Virus record (IMG/VR): IMGVR_UViG_3300044815_000115
Location: 39,320 to 103,319 of that record
Length of the DNA: 64,000 nucleotides
Source of the DNA: a virus
Reading direction: 5' to 3' (one strand)
Shown: positions 46,572 through 56,697 of the stretch, in pieces
Layout of the letters: the number at the start of each line of letters is the position of its first letter
How positions within the stretch are numbered: position 1 is the stretch's first letter
The notes under the pieces: generated by a model
The model's database searches: none
What the model saw: only the letters and a program-made list of their open reading frames with translations
Told to the model about the DNA's origin: nothing
Translations under genes and position numbers: made by a program

Positions 46572-47283
46572 TCTCAGCGAAAGCGGAACCATTCTCGACA
46601 GTTCCGGGAACTCAACGAACGGCAACGGCTGGCATCCGCCGAATAGTGCCGCCCAGCAGTTCACCCCGCGCATGCAGCCCTACACGCCGCCGCAGCCCGC
46701 AGCCGTGGCCGCCGCCGACATCCAATCCCGGGGGGAAGGGGCGCACACCGGCGAAGTCACCACCGACGGCACCCACATCGACTTCATGGGCCGCCCCTTC
46801 CGCATCTCCGGCAGGGTCGGCCTGATGCCGCTGCTGCGGTTCGCGCACTCCGCCCGCAATACCGAAGACAGCACGGACCCGGCGGCGCTGCTCGCCCTGT
46901 ACGACCTGATCGCCGACTGCGTCGACCAGGACCGGCCGCAACGCATCAAAGTGGACCCGGCGACCGGGCGCGAAGAGATCGACCCTGTCACCGGTCTACC
47001 GGTGACGGAAGACGCCGGACCGTCGCAGTGGGACCTGTTCCAGGACTACGCCACCAGCGAGAAAGCCGACGACGAAGACCTGATGGACTTCGTCGGCAAA
47101 GTCATCGAGGTGTTGTCGGCCCGCCCAAAACGGCGGCGTGGCAGCTCGCCGGATGGGCGGACACCCACCTCGGGGAGCTCGAAGGCCGCCTCACCCTCGC
47201 CGGTCTCCGCCCCGACGGCCGCACGCTTGCCGGACGGCATGGAAGGCCTGGTACCGGTGACCCAACTCGTGCCTCGGTCCTAG
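46564..47283 (+). CDS. tail assembly chaperone
   Basis: between major tail and tape measure; slippery site. Confidence 0.8.
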   Translation: MADLSESGTILDSSGNSTNGNGWHPPNSAAQQFTPRMQPYTPPQPAAVAAADIQSRGEGAHTGEVTTDGTHIDFMGRPFRISGRVGLMPLLRFAHSARNTEDSTDPAALLALYDLIADCVDQDRPQRIKVDPATGREEIDPVTGLPVTEDAGPSQWDLFQDYATSEKADDEDLMDFVGKVIEVLSARPKRRRGSSPDGRTPTSGSSKAASPSPVSAPTAARLPDGMEGLVPVTQLVPRS

Positions 47284-47492
47284 ACGAGCTGCCACTACGC
47301 GTCGTCCTCAACGTCGCCTACGCCCTGCTCGTCGACGGCCTGGACTCCGACGGGCGCGCCGAGTTCGACAACGACCTCAACACCGGCGGCCCCGGCTCCT
47401 GGGCTGACATGCAAGACGCCGCCCTCGCGCAACTCGACGCCATAGCCGACGCGCAAGAAACAGGCACCCACGCAACCGGACAGGGGGCCTGA
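47124..47492 (+). CDS. tail assembly chaperone extension via -1 frameshift at C CCA AAA (47124-47130)
   Basis: X XXY YYZ heptamer in frame; -1 frame open to TGATG junction with tape measure. Confidence 0.75.
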   Translation, partial: PKTAAWQLAGWADTHLGELEGRLTLAGLRPDGRTLAGRHGRPGTGDPTRASVLDELPLRVVLNVAYALLVDGLDSDGRAEFDNDLNTGGPGSWADMQDAALAQLDAIADAQETGTHATGQGA

Positions 47493-50400
47493 TGGCATCC
47501 CTGTTCAGTGTGTTCGCCCGCGTCCACCTCGACACCTCTGCCGTCGAGAAGGAAGCCCAGCAGTCGGGTACCAAGTCGGGCAAGGCATACGCGGACGGCT
47601 TCTACAAGGACTCCTCCGGCAGGCTGCGCCAAGCCAACGGCCGGTTCGCCACCGACGCCCAGAAGGCGGCGCTCACCTCCGGCAGCGGGGCGGGCACCAA
47701 GTTCGGCAACGAGTTCGGCAACAAAGCCGGCAAGGGCATGACCTCCAAGTTCAAGGACCAGCTGAAAGGGCTGGCCGGGTTTTCCGCCGCCGCGTTCGTG
47801 CCGCTCGGCATCGCCGGTGCGGTCGCCGCCATCGGCAAGATCGGCATCCAGTACGAGAACAACCTCAACATTTTCAAAGCCGTGTCGAAGGCGACCGGTG
47901 AGCAGATGGCGCAGGTCGCGGCGAAGGCCCGCGAGTTGGGTGCGGACGTCAAACTGCCGGGCGTGTCCGCAGCCGGTGCGGCCGAGGCGATGACCGAGCT
48001 GGCCAAGTCGGGGCTGAACGTGCAGCAGTCGATGGACGCCGCCCGGGGTGCCCTGCAACTGGCCCGTGCCGCGTCCATCTCCGAGGCTCAGGCGGCGGAG
48101 ATCACCGGTAACGCCATCAACGCGTTCGGGCTGCAAGCCCAGGACAGCACGTTCCTCGTCGACGAGTTGGCCGCCGCCGCGAACAGCAGCTCCGTCGAAG
48201 TGCAGGACGTGTCCAACGCGTTCAAAATGGCCGCCGCCGTGTTCTCGTCCTTCCAAAGCCCGACCGTCGGCGCGAAAGAATCCGTCACCGAACTGAACAC
48301 GGCGATCGCGATCCTAGGCAACGCCGGTATCAAAGGCTCCGACGCCGGCACGTCTCTGAAGCAGGCACTTCTGCAGCTGACCGGCCCCAGCATGCAGGCG
48401 AAAGACCAGATGGCTCTGCTCGCGCAGCGGGCTGCCGGGGCGAACATCAGCCTGGAGGAGCAGAACGACGTCCTGCGAGGCTCCAAGTCGGTGCGGGAGA
48501 AAGCCCTCGCGGCGATCGCGAAACACAACCGGGGGTTGCAGGACACCGGTGACATCGCGTTCACGTCGGCGGGCAAAATGCGCGCCCTGCCCGAAATCAT
48601 CGACCTGGTGACCCGGGGCACGAAAGGTATGACCGACGAGGAGAAGGACTACGCGATCACCCAGATTTTCGGCGCGGACGCCTCCCGCGCGGTGATCGCC
48701 CTCATGAAGGGTGGGCTGCCCGCCTACAACAAGATGCGCACGGCGATCATGCAGCAGGGGGCCGCCGCCCAAGTGTCGGCTGCGAAGAACGCGGGCATGG
48801 GCGGGGCGATCGACAACGTCAAGTCGCAGATCGAGAACGCGTCGATCGCCGTCTACAACGCGGTGAAGGGGCCGATCACCACCGCGCTCAACGCGATCGC
48901 AGCCGCCCTGCCCGGCATTTTCGCGACGATCGGCGGGTTCTTCTCGTTCCTCGGCCAACACATCGGCCTGATCCGGGACCTGGCCATCGAAGTGGGCATC
49001 ATGGTCGCCGCGTTCAAGACCTACCAGCTGACGTTGCTCGCGGTGACCGCAGCCACCAAGGCGTACGCCGCAGTCCAGACCCTCATCGCGTTCGTGCAGC
49101 TGGCCGCGCAGGTCCGTAACTTCGCGGGGGCGATGGCGCTGCTCAACGCCACCTTCCTGGCCAACCCGGTCGGTATCGTCGTCGTCGCCATCGCCGCCCT
49201 CGTCGGCGGGCTCATCCTGGCCTACAAGCATGTGGGCTGGTTCAGGGCCGCCGTCGACGGGGCGTGGAAGGGCATCAAAATCGCCATCTCGGCGACCGTC
49301 GGCTGGATCACCGGGACGGTCTGGCCCGCGCTGAAAACCGCCTGGGATGCGATCGCCGCCGCCGCGATGTGGCTGTGGCACAACGTGTTCGAACCCGTCT
49401 GGAAGGGCATCCTCGCGGCGGTCCGGTTCGCCATCGCCTTCATCACCGCCGAAATCAACATCGGTAAGGCGATCTTCAACGGCATCGCCACCGTTGTCAG
49501 CTGGCTTTACAACAACATTTTCAAGCCCGTCTGGAGTGCGATCGCCACCGCCGTGCACAACGCGTGGACGATCATCCAAGTCGTTTTCGCGATCATGAAG
49601 ATCGGCGTCAGCGCGCTCTTCGCCTGGTACAAGGCGGCCTGGGACAACGTCCTGCACCCCGTCTTCAACGCCATCGTGTCGGTCGTCAAATGGGTGTGGA
49701 ACAACGGCATCAAACCGCAGTTCGAGTTGATCAAAGCGGCCTGGACAGCCGTCGCCGGCTGGTTCACGGGCATCTACAACAGCAAGGTGAAACCCCTCTT
49801 CAACACCCTCTCCCTCTACATCGCAGCGATCATCATCGTCCTCAAGGCGAAGTTCGAGTTGGTGAAGGCCGCCTGGACGACTGTCTGGTCGGCGATCTCC
49901 ACCTTCTACACCACCAACATCAAACCGATTTTCACGAAGCTCATCGGCTTCCTGCAGGACTACGTGGTGAAGGGCTTCACGAACACCGTCAACAACATCA
50001 AGTCGGCGTGGGCGAAGGTGCAGGACGCCGCCAAGAAACCGGTGACGTTCGTCGTCAACTCCGTCATCAACCCGCTGATCAGGGGTTTCAACAAGATCGC
50101 AGGGGCGGTCGGGGTGAAGGACCGCATCGCGGAGATCGGCGGGTTCGCCGCAGGTGGCCGGATTCCCGGTGCGCCGAGTGCCGTCGACAACCGGCTCGCG
50201 CAGGGCCCCGGCGGGCTACTGAAGGTCGCCAGCGGTGAATACATCGTCAACGCCCGGGACACGGCGAAGGCGTTGCCGCTACTGAAGTGGGTCAACGCCG
50301 GGATGAAGGGCGGACCCGGCAAGGCCGCCGAATACCTCGGCCGGAAGGTCACCGACTATCCGGGCGACGGATCCGAAGGGTGGGCGTTCTCCCACGGCGG

Positions 50401-51286
50401 CCGGATCCCCGGCTACGCCGACGGTGGTTTGGTGGGCTGGGTGAAGAACCTCGGCAAGGATGTGTGGGGTGCGCTGTCCAACCCGACGAGCCTGATCAAG
50501 GCACCGCTCGAGGCGGCACTCAGCAAAATCCCCGGCTCGGGCATGATCCGCAACTTCCTCGTCGGCACGGGCAAGAAACTGATCAACGGTCTGACCGGCT
50601 TCGCGAGCAAGATTGTCGGCGGCGGGGGGAGCACCCCGGTCGGCGGGCGGGTCGGCGCGGCAGCCTCGTTCATCAAAGCGCAGGACGGCAAACCGTACGT
50701 ATGGGCATCAGCCGGACCAAACGGGTACGACTGTTCGGGTATCGTCTCAGCTGCATATAACATACTCAAAGGCCGCAATCCGAACCAGCACACGTTCTCC
50801 ACTGCGAACGCCGAAAGCTACTTCAACCAGCACAGCCTCTCCGGTCCGCTGATCGCCGGCTGGTCACACCCCGGACAGTCACCCGCCTCCGCATCCGTCG
50901 GACACATGGCCGGCCAGATCGCCGGAATGCCATTCGAATCCCGAGGGAGTCGCGGGGTCATCGTCGGCTCCGGCGCCCGCAGAGTCGGCCAGTTCGCGCA
51001 ACGCGGCGCGGCCGGGCTCGCCCACGGCGGACTCGTCGGCAACCGGCAAGTACAGCTCATGGACCAGGGCGGGGCGTGGCCGACAGGCACCGTCCGGGCC
51101 AACATGTCCGGGCACACCGAGCAAGTCCTCACCGGCGGCCCCGGCGGCGACATCAACACCCTCGCCGACCTGCTCACCGCCATCCTCGACAGCATCCGCG
51201 CCCTCGGCCCGGAAGTGGCCGCCGCACTCGAACGCCCCACCCGCCGGGCTGTGCAACTCGGCCGCAGCCGGGGCGCCGCAACATGA
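47492..51286 (+). CDS. tape measure protein with C-terminal NlpC/P60-like domain
   Basis: 1264 aa, TP901-like core, Trp/Phe repeats, GKPYVWA..GYDCSG..GHMAG. Confidence 0.93.
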   Translation: MASLFSVFARVHLDTSAVEKEAQQSGTKSGKAYADGFYKDSSGRLRQANGRFATDAQKAALTSGSGAGTKFGNEFGNKAGKGMTSKFKDQLKGLAGFSAAAFVPLGIAGAVAAIGKIGIQYENNLNIFKAVSKATGEQMAQVAAKARELGADVKLPGVSAAGAAEAMTELAKSGLNVQQSMDAARGALQLARAASISEAQAAEITGNAINAFGLQAQDSTFLVDELAAAANSSSVEVQDVSNAFKMAAAVFSSFQSPTVGAKESVTELNTAIAILGNAGIKGSDAGTSLKQALLQLTGPSMQAKDQMALLAQRAAGANISLEEQNDVLRGSKSVREKALAAIAKHNRGLQDTGDIAFTSAGKMRALPEIIDLVTRGTKGMTDEEKDYAITQIFGADASRAVIALMKGGLPAYNKMRTAIMQQGAAAQVSAAKNAGMGGAIDNVKSQIENASIAVYNAVKGPITTALNAIAAALPGIFATIGGFFSFLGQHIGLIRDLAIEVGIMVAAFKTYQLTLLAVTAATKAYAAVQTLIAFVQLAAQVRNFAGAMALLNATFLANPVGIVVVAIAALVGGLILAYKHVGWFRAAVDGAWKGIKIAISATVGWITGTVWPALKTAWDAIAAAAMWLWHNVFEPVWKGILAAVRFAIAFITAEINIGKAIFNGIATVVSWLYNNIFKPVWSAIATAVHNAWTIIQVVFAIMKIGVSALFAWYKAAWDNVLHPVFNAIVSVVKWVWNNGIKPQFELIKAAWTAVAGWFTGIYNSKVKPLFNTLSLYIAAIIIVLKAKFELVKAAWTTVWSAISTFYTTNIKPIFTKLIGFLQDYVVKGFTNTVNNIKSAWAKVQDAAKKPVTFVVNSVINPLIRGFNKIAGAVGVKDRIAEIGGFAAGGRIPGAPSAVDNRLAQGPGGLLKVASGEYIVNARDTAKALPLLKWVNAGMKGGPGKAAEYLGRKVTDYPGDGSEGWAFSHGGRIPGYADGGLVGWVKNLGKDVWGALSNPTSLIKAPLEAALSKIPGSGMIRNFLVGTGKKLINGLTGFASKIVGGGGSTPVGGRVGAAASFIKAQDGKPYVWASAGPNGYDCSGIVSAAYNILKGRNPNQHTFSTANAESYFNQHSLSGPLIAGWSHPGQSPASASVGHMAGQIAGMPFESRGSRGVIVGSGARRVGQFAQRGAAGLAHGGLVGNRQVQLMDQGGAWPTGTVRANMSGHTEQVLTGGPGGDINTLADLLTAILDSIRALGPEVAAALERPTRRAVQLGRSRGAAT

Positions 51287-51654
51287 TCCTCACCCTGAAC
51301 AGGCTGTGGCTCAACCGGATCGACACCGGCGAAGCCATCTCCGGCGGATCCGGCCGCGACCGCTCCACCGGATGGAGCATCGACGGGTCCGTACGCACCT
51401 TCGCGTCCGGGAGGAGACGCTCCATCGCCGTCGCCGGGGTCCGCGGCGAAGTACCCCGCACCATGGTCGCCCTCGACCTCGCCACCAAAGACCTACTGGT
51501 CAGCTGGCTGGGAACCCAAGTACAGATGCGCGACCACCGGGGCCAGAAATGGTTCGGGGTGTTCTACGCGGTCGACGTCGCCGAATACATGCACCCCGGC
51601 CTGTACTCGGCGACCATCACCCTGCAGTCCGTCACCACAATAGAAGGGGTGTAG
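51283..51654 (+). CDS. distal tail protein-like
   Basis: ATGA-coupled after tape measure. Confidence 0.6.
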   Translation: MILTLNRLWLNRIDTGEAISGGSGRDRSTGWSIDGSVRTFASGRRRSIAVAGVRGEVPRTMVALDLATKDLLVSWLGTQVQMRDHRGQKWFGVFYAVDVAEYMHPGLYSATITLQSVTTIEGV

Positions 51655-51658
51655 ACCG

Positions 51659-52804
51659 GTGCCGATGCAGCCACACGTCGACACCCCCCGGTCGGCGCTC
51701 ACCTCCGCGCAGGTGGTGCAGTTGTTGCAGAACGAGGACGTGATCACCCTCACCGGCGGCCTCGAAATCGTCGACATCAACCTCGACCTGGTCGAGGACA
51801 TCAGCGACTCCCTGGCCGGCGGGAACGTTGAACGTAACTCGTACAACACGTTGCACGGCACAGCACGGCTGTCGATCACCCGCACCGTCGACTGGGGCGG
51901 TGACCTGCTCCGCCCCTACATCATCATTTCCGGTGGGGGTGTCACCGCCCGTTTCAACCTCGGCGTGTACCACCCGTCCACCCCCGACTGGCCGTTGGGG
52001 GAAAGCCCACCCACCTACGACGTGGAGGGCTACGACATTCTTTTGCGCCTCAACCAGCCCGTCGGTGACGCCTACTCCATCGCCGCAGGCGAAACGTACC
52101 TGACCAAGGTCGAAACGATTCTGTCGGCGCGCGGCTACACCAAATACGCCATCGACCAGAGCGCCGCCGCGAAAACAGCACCCACCTCACGGACGTGGGC
52201 GTTCGACGACACACTCACCTGGCTGACCGTCGTCAACGACATGCTCGCCTCAGTCGGCTACGCCGGTGTGTGGTCGGACTGGGACGGCCGTCTCCGCCTC
52301 GACCAGTACGTCAACCCTGTAGACCGCAGCTCCGAATGGACGTACACCGACGAGCAGGCCACCACCATGCTCGGCACCAACCGGACCGTGTCACGCGACT
52401 ATTTCGGCGCCCCGAACCGGTGGGTCATCTACCGCAGCAACCAGGTGGACGGCGAAGCACCAGTCGAAGGCGACGGCATCTACACCTACGTCAACCAGGC
52501 CGTCGGGGACACCTCGGTCGACGCCCGCCGAGGCCTGGTGATCACCAAACCGGTAGGTGTCGACGCCGCCGACCAGTCATCGCTCATCGCCCGCGGCAAC
52601 GAACTCATCAACGCCGACATGATGATCCCCACCCTGTACAACGTGGAAGTATCCCCGAACCCGCTGCACTGGCACTTCGACCGGTTGTTGCTGATGGACT
52701 CGGCGTCCATCCCCGCCGCCGACGTGATGTGCACCCAGTGGTCGCTGCCCCTGCCACCGGACGGGGGCCTGATGGCCCAACAGTGGCGGGTCCTGGTCAG
52801 ATGA
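51659..52804 (+). CDS. baseplate hub / minor tail protein
   Basis: position; WLTVVNDML..VGY..W.D.DG. Confidence 0.7.
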   Translation: MPMQPHVDTPRSALTSAQVVQLLQNEDVITLTGGLEIVDINLDLVEDISDSLAGGNVERNSYNTLHGTARLSITRTVDWGGDLLRPYIIISGGGVTARFNLGVYHPSTPDWPLGESPPTYDVEGYDILLRLNQPVGDAYSIAAGETYLTKVETILSARGYTKYAIDQSAAAKTAPTSRTWAFDDTLTWLTVVNDMLASVGYAGVWSDWDGRLRLDQYVNPVDRSSEWTYTDEQATTMLGTNRTVSRDYFGAPNRWVIYRSNQVDGEAPVEGDGIYTYVNQAVGDTSVDARRGLVITKPVGVDAADQSSLIARGNELINADMMIPTLYNVEVSPNPLHWHFDRLLLMDSASIPAADVMCTQWSLPLPPDGGLMAQQWRVLVR

Positions 52805-53505
52805 GCACCGTCGACCAAAACCTGATCGACCTGGTCGATCAGCGTATCCGCCTGTCCACCGCCCGCACCCGCGCGGCAGGCACCTGCGTCACCCGGGCCA
52901 CCACCGGCCCCGCCGCCGACGTCATCTACGACGGATCCACGGTGGCGATGCCCGTGAAAGTCCTCGGCTCTGTGTTCCTGCGGCCCGGAGACCGGTGCGT
53001 GCTCGACCTGTACGGCACCGACTGGGTCGTCACCGGATCGTTCACCGCGCAAGGCTTCGGCGAATCGTCGAAGCAGTCGTTCGGGCCGGTCGCGGGCACC
53101 GGCAGCCTGTCCTCCAGCACATTCCTGGACCTGTCCGAAATCGGCCCGATGATCTTCGACAAGGCGTTCGACAACACGTACGTGCGGATGGCCCTGTCAG
53201 CGTCCGCCTACATCACCTCAGGCACCCCACCCGCGATGGTCCAGTTCGGTTTCCGGGTGACCCCCGTCGACGCCAACGGCTACACCGCCACCGACCATTC
53301 GCTCACCTCCATCATGTTGGACACCACCACCAAACACGAGTCCAGCTACTACAGCGTCCGCGCCACCGGCCTGCCCGCCGGACGGTATTCGATACAACTC
53401 CGGTGGCGCCGGTCATCAGGCACCGCACTCATCAAAGTCGACGGCAACGACGTCTTCTCGCTGGAGGTGGACGAAGGTGTCCGTGCGGTCAACCCGGTGC
53501 TCTGA
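52801..53505 (+). CDS. minor tail protein
   Basis: ATGA-coupled; OB-like N-term + beta domain. Confidence 0.65.
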   Translation: MSTVDQNLIDLVDQRIRLSTARTRAAGTCVTRATTGPAADVIYDGSTVAMPVKVLGSVFLRPGDRCVLDLYGTDWVVTGSFTAQGFGESSKQSFGPVAGTGSLSSSTFLDLSEIGPMIFDKAFDNTYVRMALSASAYITSGTPPAMVQFGFRVTPVDANGYTATDHSLTSIMLDTTTKHESSYYSVRATGLPAGRYSIQLRWRRSSGTALIKVDGNDVFSLEVDEGVRAVNPVL

Positions 53506-53514
53506 GGAGACGGC

Positions 53515-56112
53515 ATGGCGACAGTAGGCACCTCCACCCAAACCGATGTGCTCGCCTACCCGGTGCACCCGGCGATCGCCCGGGACATGAGCACCGGCAG
53601 CATCGGCGGGCGGCTCTACTCGGTGATCCGCACCGCGGCGGACACACTGACCGTCTACCGGTCGACCGACGCCGGCGGTTCGTGGTCGTCGTGGGCGTCG
53701 TTCACCCACACCGGCCTGCAGGAATGGTCAAGGCTGATCATCGACCGGGTCGGGTACGGGCACATCGCCTACCGGGTCGGCACGGGCAGCGCCGACACCA
53801 TCTGGTACCGCCGGGTAGGGTTGCTGTCCGCCTCGTTCACCAGTGGTCTGCAATGCTCCAACACCGACGCGAACGGCGGCACCATCGGATCCCGCTGGCA
53901 AGGCGTCGACCTAGCCGTCGCCCGCAACTCGGACGGCTCGTACGCCATCGCGGTCGGCGGGGCGCACTCCTACTCCACGTCAGGGCCGTACGGCATCATC
54001 GTCAACGGGGTCACCATCAGCCCGAACGGTGTGATCGCCCTCAACAACGGGATCATCGTCAACAACCGCGGCTGGAATGTGCCCGGCACCCCACCCGGCC
54101 GGTCCGGCATCGCCATGGAAGTCGAACACAACGGGGACGGTTTCACCTCCACCACCCCGCACCTGTGGATCTGCTGGGGCCGCACCACACTGCGGCAGGT
54201 GAAACTGGCCTGGCAGGGCGCTGCGATCGGCTGGTCCGGGCCGTCCAACCACCAGATCATCCGAACCGGCCTCACCGCCCACAACTATGTGGGCGGGCGC
54301 TGGGACGGCAGACAATGGCTGATGGCCGTCGTCAACCCCGACGACGCCACCACCGTCCGCGTCTACCAACGTAACCAGGCCAACAGCCTCACCACCGTCT
54401 ACGACACCCCCACCCACCCCACCGGCACTGTCACGCAGATGGCGACCAGCTACGACAACGCCACCAAAGACATCCGGGTGTACGCGGTCGGCACCAGCAC
54501 GGCGGTGCTCTACTACTGCGACTACACCCGGGCCACCGGCGTGTGGACCGCATGGGCGACCGTCGTCGCCACCGCCGTCCTCGGCAGCAGCGAATGGTCG
54601 GTGCGGGGCGCCGGTAGTTACGGCAACGCCAAACTGGATGTGCTCACCACCGCGTCCGGGTCACCTAACACGGTCACGCACACCGCGCAGGCCGCGTCGT
54701 CGGTGCCGAACATCGCCTCGTGGAACACGTCCGGGCAGCCGTACGCCGACGGTGGCGCCGCAGACGTGGGCGCAGCGCTCACCCTCGACTGGGACTTCAG
54801 CGACCCCGACCCCGGCCAGACGCAGGGGTCGTATGCACTGTCACGGCAGATCGGGGTGGCCGCCGTCCAGTACTACACGGCGGCCGGCGCAACGTGGGGC
54901 GGAACAGAAGTGCAGAACTCGACCGCCACCACACAGGTCACCCTGGCGTCCGGGTGGGGGTCGGGCACCGACGCCGTCCACACCTACAAGGTGAAGGTGT
55001 GGGACTCCACCTCTGTGCCCGCCGTCGCCTACTCCAGTGCGCTCACCCTCATCCCCTCCGTCAAAGTCAACCCGACGATCACCGCCCCGACCGCCGCCCA
55101 GGTCATCAACGGCAGTGGTGTCGTCATGACCTGGACAGTCTCCGAGCAGACCACCTACCGGGTGCGGCTGCTCGAAATGCCCTCCGGTCTGCAGCTGTAC
55201 AGCTCCGACGACGTGGCAGGCACCGTCACGTCGTACGCGGTGCCGTACGAGCTGCGCAACGACGGGTCGTGGCGGCTGGAGTTGCGCACCAAAAACAATG
55301 AGGGTCTGCTGTCCAACACGGTCACCGTCGACTTCACCACCGTGTACGCGGCGCCGCCCGCCCCGATCAGCACCCTCGTCGCGTCCACCACCGGCGGCAC
55401 CATCGGGGTCACGTCCAGCGCGCTCACCCCCGTCGGGAGCCAGCCGGCAATCGTCGCCATGGACCTGTACCGGCGTAAAGCGGCGACACCGGTACTCAAC
55501 ACCAACCCGGGTTTCGCCGGGAACGTCACCGGCTGGCAGGTCGGCGGAGGCGGAACACCGGGCACCCTCACCTATTCGACCGTGCAGTTCCACGACGGAC
55601 CCGGCGCGGCCCGGTATGTGCCCGCCGTGTCCGGCGGATCCGCCACCCCGTCAGTCGAACAATCCACCAACGTGCTGCTCGACCTCACCAAGCAGTACCT
55701 CGGATCCGCGTGGATCCGGCCCGACACGGCCAACAAACCGGCCATCATCTACCTCAACTGGTACACGTCGGCCGGCGCCTACATTTCCTCCACCACCATG
55801 CAGGTGACCACACCGGTCGCCGGGGCCTGGCAGTACCTGGAGGTCCGCGGCGATCCCAGCAGCATCGCGACCGCCGCCCGCGCCACCGTCTCCGCCGGAG
55901 TGGGGAACACACCCGCGTCGACTGACGCCTTCTACCTCGACGAGGTCGAGTTGGAGGTGTACGACCCCGACCCGGGTGTCCGGGTCGCCGCAGGGGTCAA
56001 CTCGCCTGCCGTCGTCGCGGACTGGGGCCCGGCGTCGGGCGTCGACTACGAGTACCGGTGGACGGCGAGAGGCAGCAACGGCACAACCGTGACCGGACCG
56101 TGGACCAGCTGA
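53515..56112 (+). CDS. tail fibre / receptor-binding protein
   Basis: BNR motif RSTDAGGSW, Ig/FN3-like middle, CBM-like C-term. Confidence 0.75.
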   Translation: MATVGTSTQTDVLAYPVHPAIARDMSTGSIGGRLYSVIRTAADTLTVYRSTDAGGSWSSWASFTHTGLQEWSRLIIDRVGYGHIAYRVGTGSADTIWYRRVGLLSASFTSGLQCSNTDANGGTIGSRWQGVDLAVARNSDGSYAIAVGGAHSYSTSGPYGIIVNGVTISPNGVIALNNGIIVNNRGWNVPGTPPGRSGIAMEVEHNGDGFTSTTPHLWICWGRTTLRQVKLAWQGAAIGWSGPSNHQIIRTGLTAHNYVGGRWDGRQWLMAVVNPDDATTVRVYQRNQANSLTTVYDTPTHPTGTVTQMATSYDNATKDIRVYAVGTSTAVLYYCDYTRATGVWTAWATVVATAVLGSSEWSVRGAGSYGNAKLDVLTTASGSPNTVTHTAQAASSVPNIASWNTSGQPYADGGAADVGAALTLDWDFSDPDPGQTQGSYALSRQIGVAAVQYYTAAGATWGGTEVQNSTATTQVTLASGWGSGTDAVHTYKVKVWDSTSVPAVAYSSALTLIPSVKVNPTITAPTAAQVINGSGVVMTWTVSEQTTYRVRLLEMPSGLQLYSSDDVAGTVTSYAVPYELRNDGSWRLELRTKNNEGLLSNTVTVDFTTVYAAPPAPISTLVASTTGGTIGVTSSALTPVGSQPAIVAMDLYRRKAATPVLNTNPGFAGNVTGWQVGGGGTPGTLTYSTVQFHDGPGAARYVPAVSGGSATPSVEQSTNVLLDLTKQYLGSAWIRPDTANKPAIIYLNWYTSAGAYISSTTMQVTTPVAGAWQYLEVRGDPSSIATAARATVSAGVGNTPASTDAFYLDEVELEVYDPDPGVRVAAGVNSPAVVADWGPASGVDYEYRWTARGSNGTTVTGPWTS

Positions 56113-56129
56113 CCACCTGGAGGAGCCTC

Positions 56130-56561
56130 ATGCCCGACCCCAACCCGATCTTCGACTTGGGCGACCCCATCTGGATTCAGGTTGTTGCCGTCGCTGAAAC
56201 CCCACCCGGCATGGTCGGCTACAACGGCCGGTACCTGTCCGTGCCCACCCAGGCGGTGCTGCCACCGCTCGGCACCCGCGGCATCATCCGGGTGTCCGGC
56301 GTCGACGTTCCCGGTTATCTGCGCCAGGGTGCCGGCGGCTACGAGTGGGTGATGATGCCGCCCGTGGACCCGGTCATCGCCCTGGTGGATTCGCTGCCCG
56401 GCCCGCAGGGCTGGTCGGACCTGCCGTCCAGGGACACGTGGCGGTCGATCGCCGACTACCTGCGAGGCCTCGGGGTCAGCCAGCCGGATCTCAGCAACGG
56501 CCTGACCGCCCTGTACAGCTCGGCCCGGACCAACCTGCTCACCGAGTACGGGGTCGTCTGA
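56130..56561 (+). CDS. hypothetical protein
   Basis: GGAGGAG SD. Confidence 0.6.
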   Translation: MPDPNPIFDLGDPIWIQVVAVAETPPGMVGYNGRYLSVPTQAVLPPLGTRGIIRVSGVDVPGYLRQGAGGYEWVMMPPVDPVIALVDSLPGPQGWSDLPSRDTWRSIADYLRGLGVSQPDLSNGLTALYSSARTNLLTEYGVV

Positions 56562-56580
56562 CCCCCAGGGCTACCCCATA

Positions 56581-56681
56581 GTCGGCGCCCCGGACGTCCA
56601 CCGCGCTGATGCCCCCATTACGCGCGGTCCCCGAATCACATTCGACGGACGTCCGGGGCGTCCCCATTTCCGTGCGCCGAC
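56581..56681 (+). promoter_or_regulatory. structured leader upstream of endolysin
   Basis: 14-bp CGCCCCGGACGTCC/GGACGTCCGGGGCG stem enclosing two hairpins. Confidence 0.5.
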
Positions 56682-56697
56682 CATCCAGGAGGGCCAC

